Below, one piece after another: positions 16,214 to 26,612 of a DNA stretch of 64,000 bases; within the stretch, counting starts at the first letter, position 1; each line of letters opens with the position of its first letter. The notes beneath the pieces are model-generated. The model did no database searches and was not told where the DNA came from. It was given only the letters and a program-made list of their open reading frames with translations. Made by a program: the position numbers and the translations under genes. Source of the stretch: a virus. Where the stretch lies: positions 1 through 64,000 of the IMG/VR virus record IMGVR_UViG_3300034980_000576. One strand, given 5' to 3'.

Positions 16214-16984
16214 ATGCCACACATATCATTTTCTGAATTAAAAGATTGGAGTTTCTGTCCTTTCTATCACAAGTTAACCCGCGTCGACAAGATAGCAGGT
16301 TTCAAAGGCAACGAATACACAGCTTTTGGTTCTGCTATTCATTCTGTTTGCGAGAAAAAGCTTCTCCAAGAAGAAATTGAAAGTGATTTTTTCGTGAAAG
16401 AGCTTAAGAAAAATATTGCTTCACTCGATGATGATGTTGAAGTCAACAAAAAGCTTGTTCTGGATATGATTGGACAAGGAAAGAGAATCATTCCCGAAAT
16501 CCAAGACGCGCTTGATGACTACTTTGAAGAATATGAAGTGATAGCTGTTGAAATGCCCCTAATGGAACCCATTGAAGGCGAAGAAGGATATAACTTTAAA
16601 GGATTTATTGATGCAATCGTTGCAACCCCCGATGGCAAAATTCATATTTTCGACTGGAAGACGTGTTCATGGGGATGGGACGCCAAGAAGAAAAGTGACA
16701 AAATAGTCACATATCAACTTACGTTGTACAAAAAGTACTTTTGTCAAAAAATGAATGTAGATCCAAAGGACGTTGAAACCCACTTCGCACTACTTAAGAG
16801 GACTGCAACCAAAGGTATAGTAGAATTTTTTAGAGTTACGAGCGGACAAAGAAAAACTGAAAATGCTCTTAAACTTTTAAGCACAGCGCTGTACAATATT
16901 AAAAATCAACGTTATATTAAAAACAGGCTGTCCTGCACCGGTGGCTACGGCTGTCAATTTTATAACACAAAACATTGCACATAA
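16214..16984 (+). CDS. PD-(D/E)XK RecB/Cas4-like exonuclease
   Basis: 'ISFS..CP', 'G.AIH', 'GFID..DWKT', 'QL..Y', three C-terminal Cys (Fe-S). Confidence 0.85.
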   Translation: MPHISFSELKDWSFCPFYHKLTRVDKIAGFKGNEYTAFGSAIHSVCEKKLLQEEIESDFFVKELKKNIASLDDDVEVNKKLVLDMIGQGKRIIPEIQDALDDYFEEYEVIAVEMPLMEPIEGEEGYNFKGFIDAIVATPDGKIHIFDWKTCSWGWDAKKKSDKIVTYQLTLYKKYFCQKMNVDPKDVETHFALLKRTATKGIVEFFRVTSGQRKTENALKLLSTALYNIKNQRYIKNRLSCTGGYGCQFYNTKHCT

Positions 16985-16996
16985 AGGAAGACATAC

Positions 16997-18280
16997 ATGC
17001 AAAAAAAGAAGATTCTGGTTTTATCAGATCACCCCCTTTCACCATCCGGAGTGGGAACTCAAACAAAATATTTCATCGAAGCACTTTTAAAAACTGGTAG
17101 ATATCAGTTTATTTGTTTAGGTGGGGCAGTCAAACATAATGATTATACCCCCGTAATGGTAGAGGGTTGGAATCAAGATTTTCGAATCATCCCTGTAGAC
17201 AATTACGGAAACCCGGAGATTATTCGTTCGATACTCCAGAAAGAGAAGCCGGATTTACTGTGGTTCATGACAGATCCGCGTTTCTATGATTGGCTGTGGG
17301 AAATAGAAAACGAAGTTAGATCATACATTCCGATGGTATATTATCACGTATGGGATAATTTCCCTGTTCCAATGTTCAATAAAATATGGTATGATTCTAC
17401 CGATGCCGTTGTCTCCATATCAAAGGTTACAAATGAGATTGTGAAGACGGCATCCCCAGACTCTTATGCTGGAAGAATTCCACATGCAGTAAATTCATCA
17501 GTTTTTTATAAATTCAAAGAATCTGCCGATATTGCACGTGCAAAGGACATTAAAACCCAAATCATAAATACTAGTAAAGAATTTACAAGTCCCGATAAGA
17601 AGGTGTTCTTCTGGAACAATAGAAACGCACGCCGAAAGCAGAGCGGCACTCTTATTTGGTGGTTTAAAGAATGGTTGGATAAAGTCGGACACGATAAGGC
17701 TACTCTCCTTATGCACACAGATGCGAGAGATCCCCATGGACAAGATTTGCCACATCTTATTGAACATTTGGGAATTCAAGACGGACAAGTGTTGCTATCT
17801 ACCAACAAGGTTTCACCACAGGAATTGGCTGGATTTTATAATGCCGCCGATTTTACAATTAATATATCAGATGCCGAAGGTTTCGGCTTGGCAACACTAG
17901 AATCTCTTTCCTGCGGAACGCCCATAATCGTTAATATGACTGGCGGCTTGCAAGAGCAAGTCACTGACGGGCAGAATTGGTTTGGGTGGGGCGCTGTTGC
18001 AGCCAGTAAGTCAATTATTGGCTCGCTTCAAGTACCATACATCTACGAAGATAGAATGGGAAAAGATCAGTTTGAAAAAATGATGAACAAGGCGCTTAAA
18101 TGCAGTAAGAAGGCGTATAATAATATGTCTGAACTTGGAATGCAACATATCGAAACAAATTACAATTTTGAAGATTTTGAAAAAGCTTGGGTAACCAAGA
18201 TTGATGAAATCATGGAAGAAAATGGTTCTTGGGATACAAGAAAAAATTATGCTCGTTGGGAATTAAAGGAGATAGCATGA
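16997..18280 (+). CDS. GT-B (GT4-like) glycosyltransferase
   Basis: 'NRNARRK', 'EGFGLATLESLSCGTPII'. Confidence 0.9.
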   Translation: MQKKKILVLSDHPLSPSGVGTQTKYFIEALLKTGRYQFICLGGAVKHNDYTPVMVEGWNQDFRIIPVDNYGNPEIIRSILQKEKPDLLWFMTDPRFYDWLWEIENEVRSYIPMVYYHVWDNFPVPMFNKIWYDSTDAVVSISKVTNEIVKTASPDSYAGRIPHAVNSSVFYKFKESADIARAKDIKTQIINTSKEFTSPDKKVFFWNNRNARRKQSGTLIWWFKEWLDKVGHDKATLLMHTDARDPHGQDLPHLIEHLGIQDGQVLLSTNKVSPQELAGFYNAADFTINISDAEGFGLATLESLSCGTPIIVNMTGGLQEQVTDGQNWFGWGAVAASKSIIGSLQVPYIYEDRMGKDQFEKMMNKALKCSKKAYNNMSELGMQHIETNYNFEDFEKAWVTKIDEIMEENGSWDTRKNYARWELKEIA

Positions 18281-19518
18281 GAAAGAATATTTTACTTAAG
18301 GGTCCAATCCTTACACGAAGCGGATATGGAGAACAGTCGCGCTTTGCAATGCGTGCACTACGATCACGCCCAGACTTATTTAACGTCTTTATACAACCCC
18401 TGCAGTGGGGAGCCACCTCTTGGATAAATGATATTAATGAGGAAAGAACGTGGATCGATGATGCAATTGAAAAAACAATAGGATATATCCAACAAGGTGG
18501 CAAGTTCGACGCGTCTCTGCAAATTACTGTGCCTAATGAGTTTGAAAATCTTGCGCCCCTTAACATAGGATATACCGCCGGCATCGAAACCACGAAGGTA
18601 GCTCCACAATGGCTGCAACACTCAAACAACATGAAGAAATTGATAGTAGTTTCGAATCATTCCAAAAATGTATTTGAAAATACAGTATACCGAGCCACCA
18701 ACGAAGACACGGGCGAAGAATTAGACTATGGACTGCAGGTGCCTGTAGACGTAGTAAACTATCCCGTTAAACATTATGATGATTTACCAGAGCTAGATCT
18801 TGACTTAGATTGCGAATTCAATTTTCTATTGATATCTCAGTACGGCCCTAGAAAGAACATAGCCAACACTATAAAATGGTTTATCTCAGAATTTAAAGAC
18901 GAGGAAGTCGGATTTGTGGTTAAAACCAACATGGCTAAAAATTCCCTTATCGACAGAGTGAACACGGAAGCGAAGTTTAGAAAGATTTTAGCTGATGTAC
19001 AAGACTCAGCCGATCGTAAATGCAAAATATATTTGTTGCATGGTGATATGACTGACGAAGAAATTCACTCCTTGTACACTCATCCTCAAATAAAGGCTTT
19101 TGTTTCGTTACCCCACGGCGAGGGTTTTGGATTGCCTCTTTTTGAGGCTGCATATTCTGGGATCCCCGTTGTTACTGTTGGTTGGTCGGGACAATTAGAC
19201 TTTTTAGTTGATGATGAAGGAAAAGAAAGGTTTTATAACGTTGCTTTCGATATCAACAATGTCCAAAAGGAAGCTGTGTGGGACGGCGTGATTCAAGCAG
19301 ATAGCAAGTGGGCATATGCCCGCGAAAACTCAGCAAAGAAGCAGATGAGACAGTGCTACGAAGATGTGACAAACAACAATATTGAAAGTGTTGGTGCTCA
19401 TATCAATTTCTTAAATGATAAATTTGATGAAGAAAAACTTTACGCTCAGTTTGTTGATTCTGTGAAATCTGTCACCGGAGAGTCGGTGGCGCAAGAAGCC
19501 AAGGTTATTGTTCTGTGA
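18277..19518 (+). CDS. GT-B (GT4-like) glycosyltransferase
   Basis: 'SGYG', 'PRKN', 'GEGFGLPLFEAAYSGIPV'; GGAG SD before ATG 18277. Confidence 0.9.
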   Translation: MRKNILLKGPILTRSGYGEQSRFAMRALRSRPDLFNVFIQPLQWGATSWINDINEERTWIDDAIEKTIGYIQQGGKFDASLQITVPNEFENLAPLNIGYTAGIETTKVAPQWLQHSNNMKKLIVVSNHSKNVFENTVYRATNEDTGEELDYGLQVPVDVVNYPVKHYDDLPELDLDLDCEFNFLLISQYGPRKNIANTIKWFISEFKDEEVGFVVKTNMAKNSLIDRVNTEAKFRKILADVQDSADRKCKIYLLHGDMTDEEIHSLYTHPQIKAFVSLPHGEGFGLPLFEAAYSGIPVVTVGWSGQLDFLVDDEGKERFYNVAFDINNVQKEAVWDGVIQADSKWAYARENSAKKQMRQCYEDVTNNNIESVGAHINFLNDKFDEEKLYAQFVDSVKSVTGESVAQEAKVIVL

Positions 19519-21527
19519 AGAAAATAGTCTATTGCGCTCAATTCTTAGATCTATCTGGTTACGGAATTGCCGCCAGAAGATATCTTGATGCGCTAGACTT
19601 GGCAATTTCAGCCGAAGATGTAGATTTAAAAATATATACGACAGTTGCCGCCGGAGTTCAATTAAACTCATTGTCCCATAGGGAACAGGAGCTAATTACC
19701 AAGTACTCTTTTAAGAATGATGCAGCAATAGCAGAGTTTATCCAAGACAACGACTACGAGTGCATTTGGCACATGCCTACTCCAATGCCGCTATTTGCAG
19801 ATAGTAGGTTTTCCACCACGGAGGGGATCCAAACTCCCTCCCTATCTAGAATTATTAAAGCTGCAAAGAGAAATCATCATCTCGTAGTGTGGGAAACTAC
19901 CGATATATCCACAGAATGGAAAGAATCCCTAGAATGGTTTAAACCTCACAGCATTATTACTGCATGCAAGATGAATGTAGAGTTATATTCAAAATATTGC
20001 GAGAACGTGCTTCTAGCGCCGCACCCAATATATGATGTAGATTCAATCAATTCACGCCCCCTCACTCTCCCGCAATCCTTGGAGGATAAATTTGTTATAT
20101 TCTCAATGTCTCAATGGACACACAGAAAAGGATTTGATAAGCTTATAGCCGCCTTTACCGCTGAACTCGGCGATAAGGAAGATTGCCTCTTTATACTTAA
20201 GACATTCGAATCTGCGGAAGCTGGAAGTGCCGAACAGATAGCAAACACCGTTAAAAGTATTCGAGCTGTTGTTAACAAAGAAGAAAAGAAAAACAACATC
20301 TTGCTATTGCCATCTTATATCGCCGAATCGAATATTAAATGGCTATATGAAAACAGCGATATGTTTGCTTTATTGCCGCGTGGCGAAGGGTTTGGTTTGA
20401 CTATTTTTGAAGCAATACTGAACGGGGTACCCGTGATGGTGCCAGATCAAGGCGGCCATTTGGATTATATCGACTCAGAGAATAAATTCATGGTAAGCGG
20501 CATGTGGGATAGTTGCATTGTAAATAATCCCGTGTATTCGCTTGATAGCGAGTGGTACGAACCAAACATCGCTAGCGCCAGACAAAAACTACGTTTAGCG
20601 TACAATATGTGGAAAGAGAACACACTCGCCACTGCCGGCACTCAATCAAAGGAGAAATTGTTGAATAATCCTGATTATGATTCTAAAAAAATAGGGCAAG
20701 ATATAATAGATTTTGTGACACAGCTTCCTGTGACGGCTCACCATCCAAAGGTTCAGAAAAGAAATTTACTTAAAAAGCAGATCTCGTTGACATCGGATTT
20801 GCAAGCGCAAGTGGATATTTTGAAGGATGCCTATGAAGGCGACACTGCATACATTTTAAACTGCGGCCCAAGCTTAAGTCAATATTCTGAAGAATTCCTT
20901 AATGAGTTTTTGGCAGATAAGCTGACAATTAGTGTAAAACAAGCATACAGTGCATTTAAAAATGTTACTGACTTTCATTTTTTCAATTGCGCGAATTTGC
21001 CGATGCCGACATGCGCACCCCTGCTGCAACACTATGAATACGATGAGGAATCTCGTCCGATCATTATCGCTAGCAGCAATTATGATTTAGGGCAGCGCTG
21101 GCATCCGTGTCAAAAACATGATTTATATTTTAAAATTCCGATAAGAACTGAAATAAACAATGAATTTGTTACTATCACTAAGAAATTTGATGATTTTTTG
21201 CTTTCTAATTCCTTGACAAGACCATGCGGACCGGGTATAATGTTAGAAACAGTACTCTTTCTTACTGTTCACCTTGGAGTGAAGAACATAGTAGGCTTAG
21301 GTTGGGATTTAACCAACGATAAAGTCAATGAAGACACATACCAGCATTTTTACGGAAATACACAAAATTTATTTAATCGCGGCGACGTCCTTGACTGGGA
21401 AATTGAAGCCGGAAGAGAATCTTCAAAAGATGTGTATTATTGGCTAAAAGATCTTGGTATAAATCTTCAACTAGTTTCCGACATAAGCACTCTATATGAT
21501 GGCATAGAAAGAATAAACTTAGATTAA
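19515..21527 (+). CDS. GT4-like glycosyltransferase fused to a Maf/DUF115 (sialyltransferase-like) domain
   Basis: 'SGYG', 'HRKG', 'GEGFGLTIFEA'; C-domain 'AYILNCGPSL...HLGVKNIVGLGWD'. Confidence 0.8.
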   Translation: MKKIVYCAQFLDLSGYGIAARRYLDALDLAISAEDVDLKIYTTVAAGVQLNSLSHREQELITKYSFKNDAAIAEFIQDNDYECIWHMPTPMPLFADSRFSTTEGIQTPSLSRIIKAAKRNHHLVVWETTDISTEWKESLEWFKPHSIITACKMNVELYSKYCENVLLAPHPIYDVDSINSRPLTLPQSLEDKFVIFSMSQWTHRKGFDKLIAAFTAELGDKEDCLFILKTFESAEAGSAEQIANTVKSIRAVVNKEEKKNNILLLPSYIAESNIKWLYENSDMFALLPRGEGFGLTIFEAILNGVPVMVPDQGGHLDYIDSENKFMVSGMWDSCIVNNPVYSLDSEWYEPNIASARQKLRLAYNMWKENTLATAGTQSKEKLLNNPDYDSKKIGQDIIDFVTQLPVTAHHPKVQKRNLLKKQISLTSDLQAQVDILKDAYEGDTAYILNCGPSLSQYSEEFLNEFLADKLTISVKQAYSAFKNVTDFHFFNCANLPMPTCAPLLQHYEYDEESRPIIIASSNYDLGQRWHPCQKHDLYFKIPIRTEINNEFVTITKKFDDFLLSNSLTRPCGPGIMLETVLFLTVHLGVKNIVGLGWDLTNDKVNEDTYQHFYGNTQNLFNRGDVLDWEIEAGRESSKDVYYWLKDLGINLQLVSDISTLYDGIERINLD

Positions 21528-21539
21528 CAAGGAGAAAAC

Positions 21540-22400
21540 ATGGAATCTTTTGATCCATACAACAACAAAACAAACTTGCCATTTTTTATTGCTGAAATTG
21601 GTATTAATCATAACGGCGATTTAGAAGTCGCTAAGCAACTTATCGCCATGGCAAGGAGCGCCGGCTGTAATGCAGTAAAGTTTCAAAAAAGAGACATTGA
21701 TACGGTATATACGGCGGATTATTTGGCAGGCACACGCGAGAGCCCATGGGGAACAACCCAACGCGAACAAAAAGAAGGGCTAGAATTTACAAAGGAAGAT
21801 TATGATGTAATCGACGAATATTGTCGTAATATTGGTATCTTATGGTCGGCTTCCGCTTGGGATATTGATAGTCAAGTATTCCTTCAACAATATAATCTTC
21901 CCTTTAACAAGGTAGCATCCGCGATGTTGACGCATACTGATTTACTAGAAGTAATTGCAGCCGAGAAAAGACATACTTTTATTTCCACTGGAATGTGCAA
22001 TTTTGAAGACATTGACAAAGCAGTCGAAATTTTTAATAACAATGGCTGTCCTTATACCTTATTTCATTGCGTATCGACTTATCCTTGTGTTGATGAGGAT
22101 TGCAATCTAAATCTAATCACCACATTGGCGTCACGCTACAATTGTCCAGTTGGATATAGTGGCCACGAAGCCGGCATCACGCCGACTGTGTTGGCAGTTG
22201 CCGTCGGAGCCACAGCAATAGAGCGCCACATCACACTGAACAAGGAGATGTATGGCTCAGATCAATCAGCATCTATCGAGCCAGACGATTTGAACACAAT
22301 GATGGACGAAATTTCGAAAGCCGCAGCTATTGTGGGAACAGGAATGAAAACGTTCTCATCGGCAGAAAGGGCGATATCTGACAAGCTTAGATATTTCTAG
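21540..22400 (+). CDS. neuB: nonulosonic acid synthase (NeuB family) 1, lacking the C-terminal SAF domain
   Basis: 'IAEIGINHNGD', 'AVKFQKR', 'HCVSTYP', 'GYSGHE', 'IERHITL', 'GSDQ'. Confidence 0.93.
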   Translation: MESFDPYNNKTNLPFFIAEIGINHNGDLEVAKQLIAMARSAGCNAVKFQKRDIDTVYTADYLAGTRESPWGTTQREQKEGLEFTKEDYDVIDEYCRNIGILWSASAWDIDSQVFLQQYNLPFNKVASAMLTHTDLLEVIAAEKRHTFISTGMCNFEDIDKAVEIFNNNGCPYTLFHCVSTYPCVDEDCNLNLITTLASRYNCPVGYSGHEAGITPTVLAVAVGATAIERHITLNKEMYGSDQSASIEPDDLNTMMDEISKAAAIVGTGMKTFSSAERAISDKLRYF

Positions 22401-22408
22401 AAGTTCAG

Positions 22409-23128
22409 ATGAAAGAATTGCTTTCCATATTGAACGACAAAAATGTCCTAATCACCGGTGCTAGCGGAGGCTTGGGCAGATGCATCGCAGCTGAGTTTTC
22501 CAAATTTGGCTGTAATCTGTATCTCACCGGTAGAAATGAAAGCAATTTAATAGAACTCAAAAAAGAAATAGGCTCTGATAAGAGCGTCTTTTACAGTACT
22601 GCTGATTTAGAAGATGTAACACAAATCAAAGAACTGTCTGAAGACGCTCTGCAAAAATTAGGAACTATAGATATTTTAGTTAATTGTGCTGGCGTTTTTG
22701 TTGTTAAGCCTTTCGAAAATACAAAGATTGAAGACTTTAATCGTTCTTTTGATTTGAATGTGCGCGCCCCATTTTTGCTTTGTCGAGAATTCATGGAAGG
22801 AATGCTAACAAAGAATTGGGGGAGGATAATTAATATTGGCTCCTCCTCGGCTTATAGCGGCTTTAAGAGCACTTCGGTGTACTGTGCGTCTAAACACGCC
22901 CTACTTGGGCTCACAAGGGCGCTACACGACGAGTATCGCACCAATAACATACGTTCATACTGCTTTTCTCCCGGCTCTATTCAAACAGAGATGGGCAAGA
23001 AGGTAAAAAATCAAGATTTTGATACATTTATTGATCCCGAAGAAATAGCAAAATACATTATTCTTTCGGTTTCGTTCGATAACGAAATGATATCAAATGA
23101 AATACAACTTAAAAGGATAAACATTTAA
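22409..23128 (+). CDS. short-chain dehydrogenase/reductase
   Basis: TGASGGLG, NCAG, YCASK. Confidence 0.9.
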   Translation: MKELLSILNDKNVLITGASGGLGRCIAAEFSKFGCNLYLTGRNESNLIELKKEIGSDKSVFYSTADLEDVTQIKELSEDALQKLGTIDILVNCAGVFVVKPFENTKIEDFNRSFDLNVRAPFLLCREFMEGMLTKNWGRIINIGSSSAYSGFKSTSVYCASKHALLGLTRALHDEYRTNNIRSYCFSPGSIQTEMGKKVKNQDFDTFIDPEEIAKYIILSVSFDNEMISNEIQLKRINI

Positions 23129-23896
23129 ATGAAAATAGGAATTATACAAGGAAGACTGTCAGAACCCCTTGAAGGATTTCAAGACACTCCCTCTAATTGG
23201 CAAAGAGAGTTTAACTTATTGTCAACACTGGGATTAAATCATATTGAGTGGATTGTTACAAAGGAATCTTTCGAGAATAACCCAATCTTTACCGAAGATC
23301 TGCAGGAGTATTCAATCAGTTCCATTTGCGCTGATAATTTAGTTGATGAAAAGATATCTGACACAGACTTCTTAGCTGAGAATCTGACACCTATCTGTGA
23401 AGCTGCCATTAAAAACAAAATAAAGAACATTACAATTCCTATTTTAGAGGATTCAAACTTGACAAGTGGGAAGAAAAGAGATAAGTTTATTTTAGAGATG
23501 CAAGATTTTTCTGAAAGATTTAAGCGTCTCAATTTTTCTTTCGAAATTGAAGATAAAATGGATGTCATTGCTGACATAATTTATATGGGAGATAATTTTT
23601 ACTTGACATACGACACGGGCAATATGACAACCGTTGGCGTGGAACACGAAATATATTTACATATGTTTCATGAAAAGATAAACAACATCCACCTCAAAGA
23701 TAGGGATCCCCAAAACCAAACCGTAGAGCCCCTGACAGGCGCCACTAATTTTACAAAAATATTTGAGAAACTCAAAGAACTGGGTTATAATGGGCTATAC
23801 ACCCTTCAAACCGCCAGAGGAGAGTCTGGAGTTGAAGAAGAAACAATTAAAAAACACACCACAATATTTAAGGAGTTATATAATGAGTGTACGTAA
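23129..23896 (+). CDS. xylose-isomerase-like TIM barrel sugar-phosphate epimerase/isomerase
   Basis: 'GIIQGRLS', 'YDTGN', 'IHLKD', 'TLQTAR'. Confidence 0.8.
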   Translation: MKIGIIQGRLSEPLEGFQDTPSNWQREFNLLSTLGLNHIEWIVTKESFENNPIFTEDLQEYSISSICADNLVDEKISDTDFLAENLTPICEAAIKNKIKNITIPILEDSNLTSGKKRDKFILEMQDFSERFKRLNFSFEIEDKMDVIADIIYMGDNFYLTYDTGNMTTVGVEHEIYLHMFHEKINNIHLKDRDPQNQTVEPLTGATNFTKIFEKLKELGYNGLYTLQTARGESGVEEETIKKHTTIFKELYNECT

Positions 23897-24707
23897 TGTA
23901 TTTGATCTAACTGGCAAAACTGCCATGATCACCGGCGCCGGCGGATTGCTCGGCCCAAAACACGCTGAGGCTATCATCGAATTTGGAGGGAATGTAATAC
24001 TAACAGATCATCACCTCGATCGAGTTGAGAAAAAAGTAGCTGAGCTAAATGAGAAGTATGGAGAAGGCAGAGCACAAGCCTTTCATATGGATGTAACAGA
24101 TCCAAAGTCTGTTCAAACTGTAGTGGGCATGTGCGATAAGATCGACATTCTTATTAATAACGCCGCAAAGGATCCTAAAGTTAAAAAGGGCGGTGGCTTG
24201 ACACCCGATAGTCGCTTTGAAACCATGACACCCGAGTATTGGACTGCGGGTGTGGACGCGGCAATGAACGGAACATTCTTTTGTTCGCAAGCTGTTGCTA
24301 ATAAAATGTTAGAGGGAGGGACATCTGGAGTCATTCTTAATGTTGCGTCAGATTTGGGCGTCATTGCCCCCGATCAGCGCCTCTATCGGCAAGACGGAGT
24401 TCAAGAAGAGATGCAAAATGTAAAGCCCATAACATACTCCGCAGCTAAGTGGGCAATCATAGGCATGACAAAGTATTTGGCAGTTTATTTTGCAGAAAAG
24501 AATATTAGAGTGAATTCTATTAGCCCCACAGCCGTCTATAATAACCACCCGGAAGAGTTTGTTGAAAAGCTTACAAACATTATTCCAATGAATCGAATGT
24601 CACACATTGATGAATACAAGGGCGCGATTGTGTTTATGTGCTCGGACGCCAGCACATATATGACAGGTGAGAACGTTGTGATTGATGGCGGAAAGTCGGT
24701 ATGGTAG
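23883..24707 (+). CDS. short-chain dehydrogenase/reductase of the type found in nonulosonate clusters
   Basis: TGAGGLLG, NNAA, YSAAK, 'DGG'; AAGGAG SD before ATG 23883. Confidence 0.9.
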   Translation: MSVRNVFDLTGKTAMITGAGGLLGPKHAEAIIEFGGNVILTDHHLDRVEKKVAELNEKYGEGRAQAFHMDVTDPKSVQTVVGMCDKIDILINNAAKDPKVKKGGGLTPDSRFETMTPEYWTAGVDAAMNGTFFCSQAVANKMLEGGTSGVILNVASDLGVIAPDQRLYRQDGVQEEMQNVKPITYSAAKWAIIGMTKYLAVYFAEKNIRVNSISPTAVYNNHPEEFVEKLTNIIPMNRMSHIDEYKGAIVFMCSDASTYMTGENVVIDGGKSVW

Positions 24708-25081
24708 ACTCACCCCCAAATAATCACATTCACCCTCCTATGAAATATGTGGAAAAGGGATGGGGATATGAAAAATGGATTGTTAATAAAAAAGAATACT
24801 GCGGTAAGCTCTTATTTTTTAAAGAAGGAAAACAGTGTTCTTGGCATTATCACAAGAAGAAAGATGAAGTGTTCTATTTACAATCTGGAAAAATGATTGT
24901 TAGATATAGCGAAGGAGATAATCCCGAGCTAGCGAAGCAGATAATTTTAGAGCCGGGACAAAACTTTTATGTTTATACCGGGCTTCGCCACCAAATGTAT
25001 GCCCTAGAAGACTCAGAGCTATACGAATTCTCAACCCAACATTTTAATAGCGACAGTCATAGAATTGTTAATGGAGATTAG
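24701..25081 (+). CDS. cupin sugar isomerase (mannose-6-P / D-lyxose isomerase-like)
   Basis: 'KGWGYE', 'CSWHYHKKKDE', 'RH', 'EFST'; alternative start ATG 24740. Confidence 0.8.
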   Translation: MVDSPPNNHIHPPMKYVEKGWGYEKWIVNKKEYCGKLLFFKEGKQCSWHYHKKKDEVFYLQSGKMIVRYSEGDNPELAKQIILEPGQNFYVYTGLRHQMYALEDSELYEFSTQHFNSDSHRIVNGD

Positions 25082-25782
25082 TGAAAGATTTAAGGGACAT
25101 ATGCGTTGTTATTCAAGCGCGCTTGGGTTCTCAACGAATTCCGCAAAAGATGATAAAAGCTTTTGGCGGCACAACTTTGTTTGATCTTTCTATACAAAAG
25201 GTGCTAGATTCTGATTTTATTCCTAAAGATAATTTTTATGTTTCCATTTATGAACAAGAGTTAATTGATATCGCTCAAGATCGCAAAGCTAATATCTTCC
25301 TAAGAAGTGAAAAATCAGCCAACTCAGAAGGAACGCCAATGACAGACATGTATGAATGGTGGAACAAATTACCATTTAAATATTGTGTTCTTGTTAATGG
25401 GTGCACACCTTTTCTGAAGACTGAAACTGTCGATAATTTTGTGAAAGCCTATATGAATAGCGATTCTGACGGGCTTTTTGGAGTTATGGAAAAGAAGAAT
25501 TATTTCTGGAACAAAGATGGAGAGCTACAAACGCCATGGCCAGAAGATCAAGCATGCATGAACACAAAAGCTGTCGAGACTACTTATGAGGCTGCGCATT
25601 GTCTCTATGCCGGCAGAATGGACTTAATCAAAGATGGTATTTGGATGGGGGATTTTCAAAAACCTGGAGATATAGAATTGTACCCGATGGAAGAACGAGA
25701 GTGTTTAGATATCGATTATCCGTGGCAATTTGAACTATGTGAAACATTATATTTTGAATCATTAAAAGAGGAGCATAAATGA
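25081..25782 (+). CDS. neuA: CMP-nonulosonic acid synthetase (NeuA/KdsB-like cytidylyltransferase)
   Basis: 'IQARLGSQRIPQKM', 'TPFL', 'DIDYP'. Confidence 0.85.
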   Translation: MKDLRDICVVIQARLGSQRIPQKMIKAFGGTTLFDLSIQKVLDSDFIPKDNFYVSIYEQELIDIAQDRKANIFLRSEKSANSEGTPMTDMYEWWNKLPFKYCVLVNGCTPFLKTETVDNFVKAYMNSDSDGLFGVMEKKNYFWNKDGELQTPWPEDQACMNTKAVETTYEAAHCLYAGRMDLIKDGIWMGDFQKPGDIELYPMEERECLDIDYPWQFELCETLYFESLKEEHK

Positions 25783-26612
25783 AAACTTATATTATTGCCG
25801 AAATCGGCATCAACCATAACGGCTCACTGAAAACAGCAAAGAGGCTTATTGATATGGCTGCGCTGTCTGGTTGTGACGCTGTAAAATTTCAAAAGAGAAA
25901 CCCAGATGTGTGTGTGCCAGAGCATCAAAAATCGGTACCCCGAGAAACCCCATGGGGAACGATGTCTTATCTGGATTACAAATATCGTATGGAATTCGGC
26001 AAAGAAGAATATGATATAATTGACGAATACTGTAAAATGAAGGAAATTGCATGGTCAGCATCCCCATGGGATATGGACAGCCTCGATTTCCTTATACAGT
26101 ATGACATTCCGTTTATAAAAATGCCATCGGCAATGTTAACTCATGAAGAACTGATGCGCGCATGCGCAAGAACCGGTAAAAAGGTAATATTCTCAACGGG
26201 TATGAGCACTCTGGAGGAGATTGATAAGACAGTAGAATGGTTAAGAGAGGAAGATTGCGAGTTTGCACTACTTCACTGCAATTCAACATATCCAGCCCCA
26301 CTGGAAGAATTAAATTTACAATGTATCAAAACTCTTCGGGATCGATATGACTGTGAAGTGGGCTATAGCGGGCACGAATTTAGACTAGGCACAACAGTGT
26401 CTAGCGTATATCTCGGTGCTACAATCGTGGAGCGCCACATTACTCTTGATAGAACTATGTGGGGCTCCGATCACTTGGCATCGTTAGAACCGCAGGGACT
26501 AATCAAGTTAGTGAAAGGCATTAGAGAATTAGAACTCGCCTTGGGTGACGGAGTTAAGAAACTATATGATGGCGAGATGCCGGCGCGCAAGAAGTTGAGA
26601 GGACTAGATTAG
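25779..26612 (+). CDS. neuB: nonulosonic acid synthase (NeuB family) 2, lacking the SAF domain
   Basis: 'IAEIGINHNG', 'AVKFQKR', 'HCNSTYP', 'GYSGHE', 'VERHITL', 'GSDH'. Confidence 0.93.
   Translation: MKTYIIAEIGINHNGSLKTAKRLIDMAALSGCDAVKFQKRNPDVCVPEHQKSVPRETPWGTMSYLDYKYRMEFGKEEYDIIDEYCKMKEIAWSASPWDMDSLDFLIQYDIPFIKMPSAMLTHEELMRACARTGKKVIFSTGMSTLEEIDKTVEWLREEDCEFALLHCNSTYPAPLEELNLQCIKTLRDRYDCEVGYSGHEFRLGTTVSSVYLGATIVERHITLDRTMWGSDHLASLEPQGLIKLVKGIRELELALGDGVKKLYDGEMPARKKLRGLD

Noticed and set aside
16214-16984. CRISPR-Cas system suggested by the Cas4-like nuclease
   Set aside because: No repeat-spacer array or other cas genes; solo Cas4-like nucleases are common in phages
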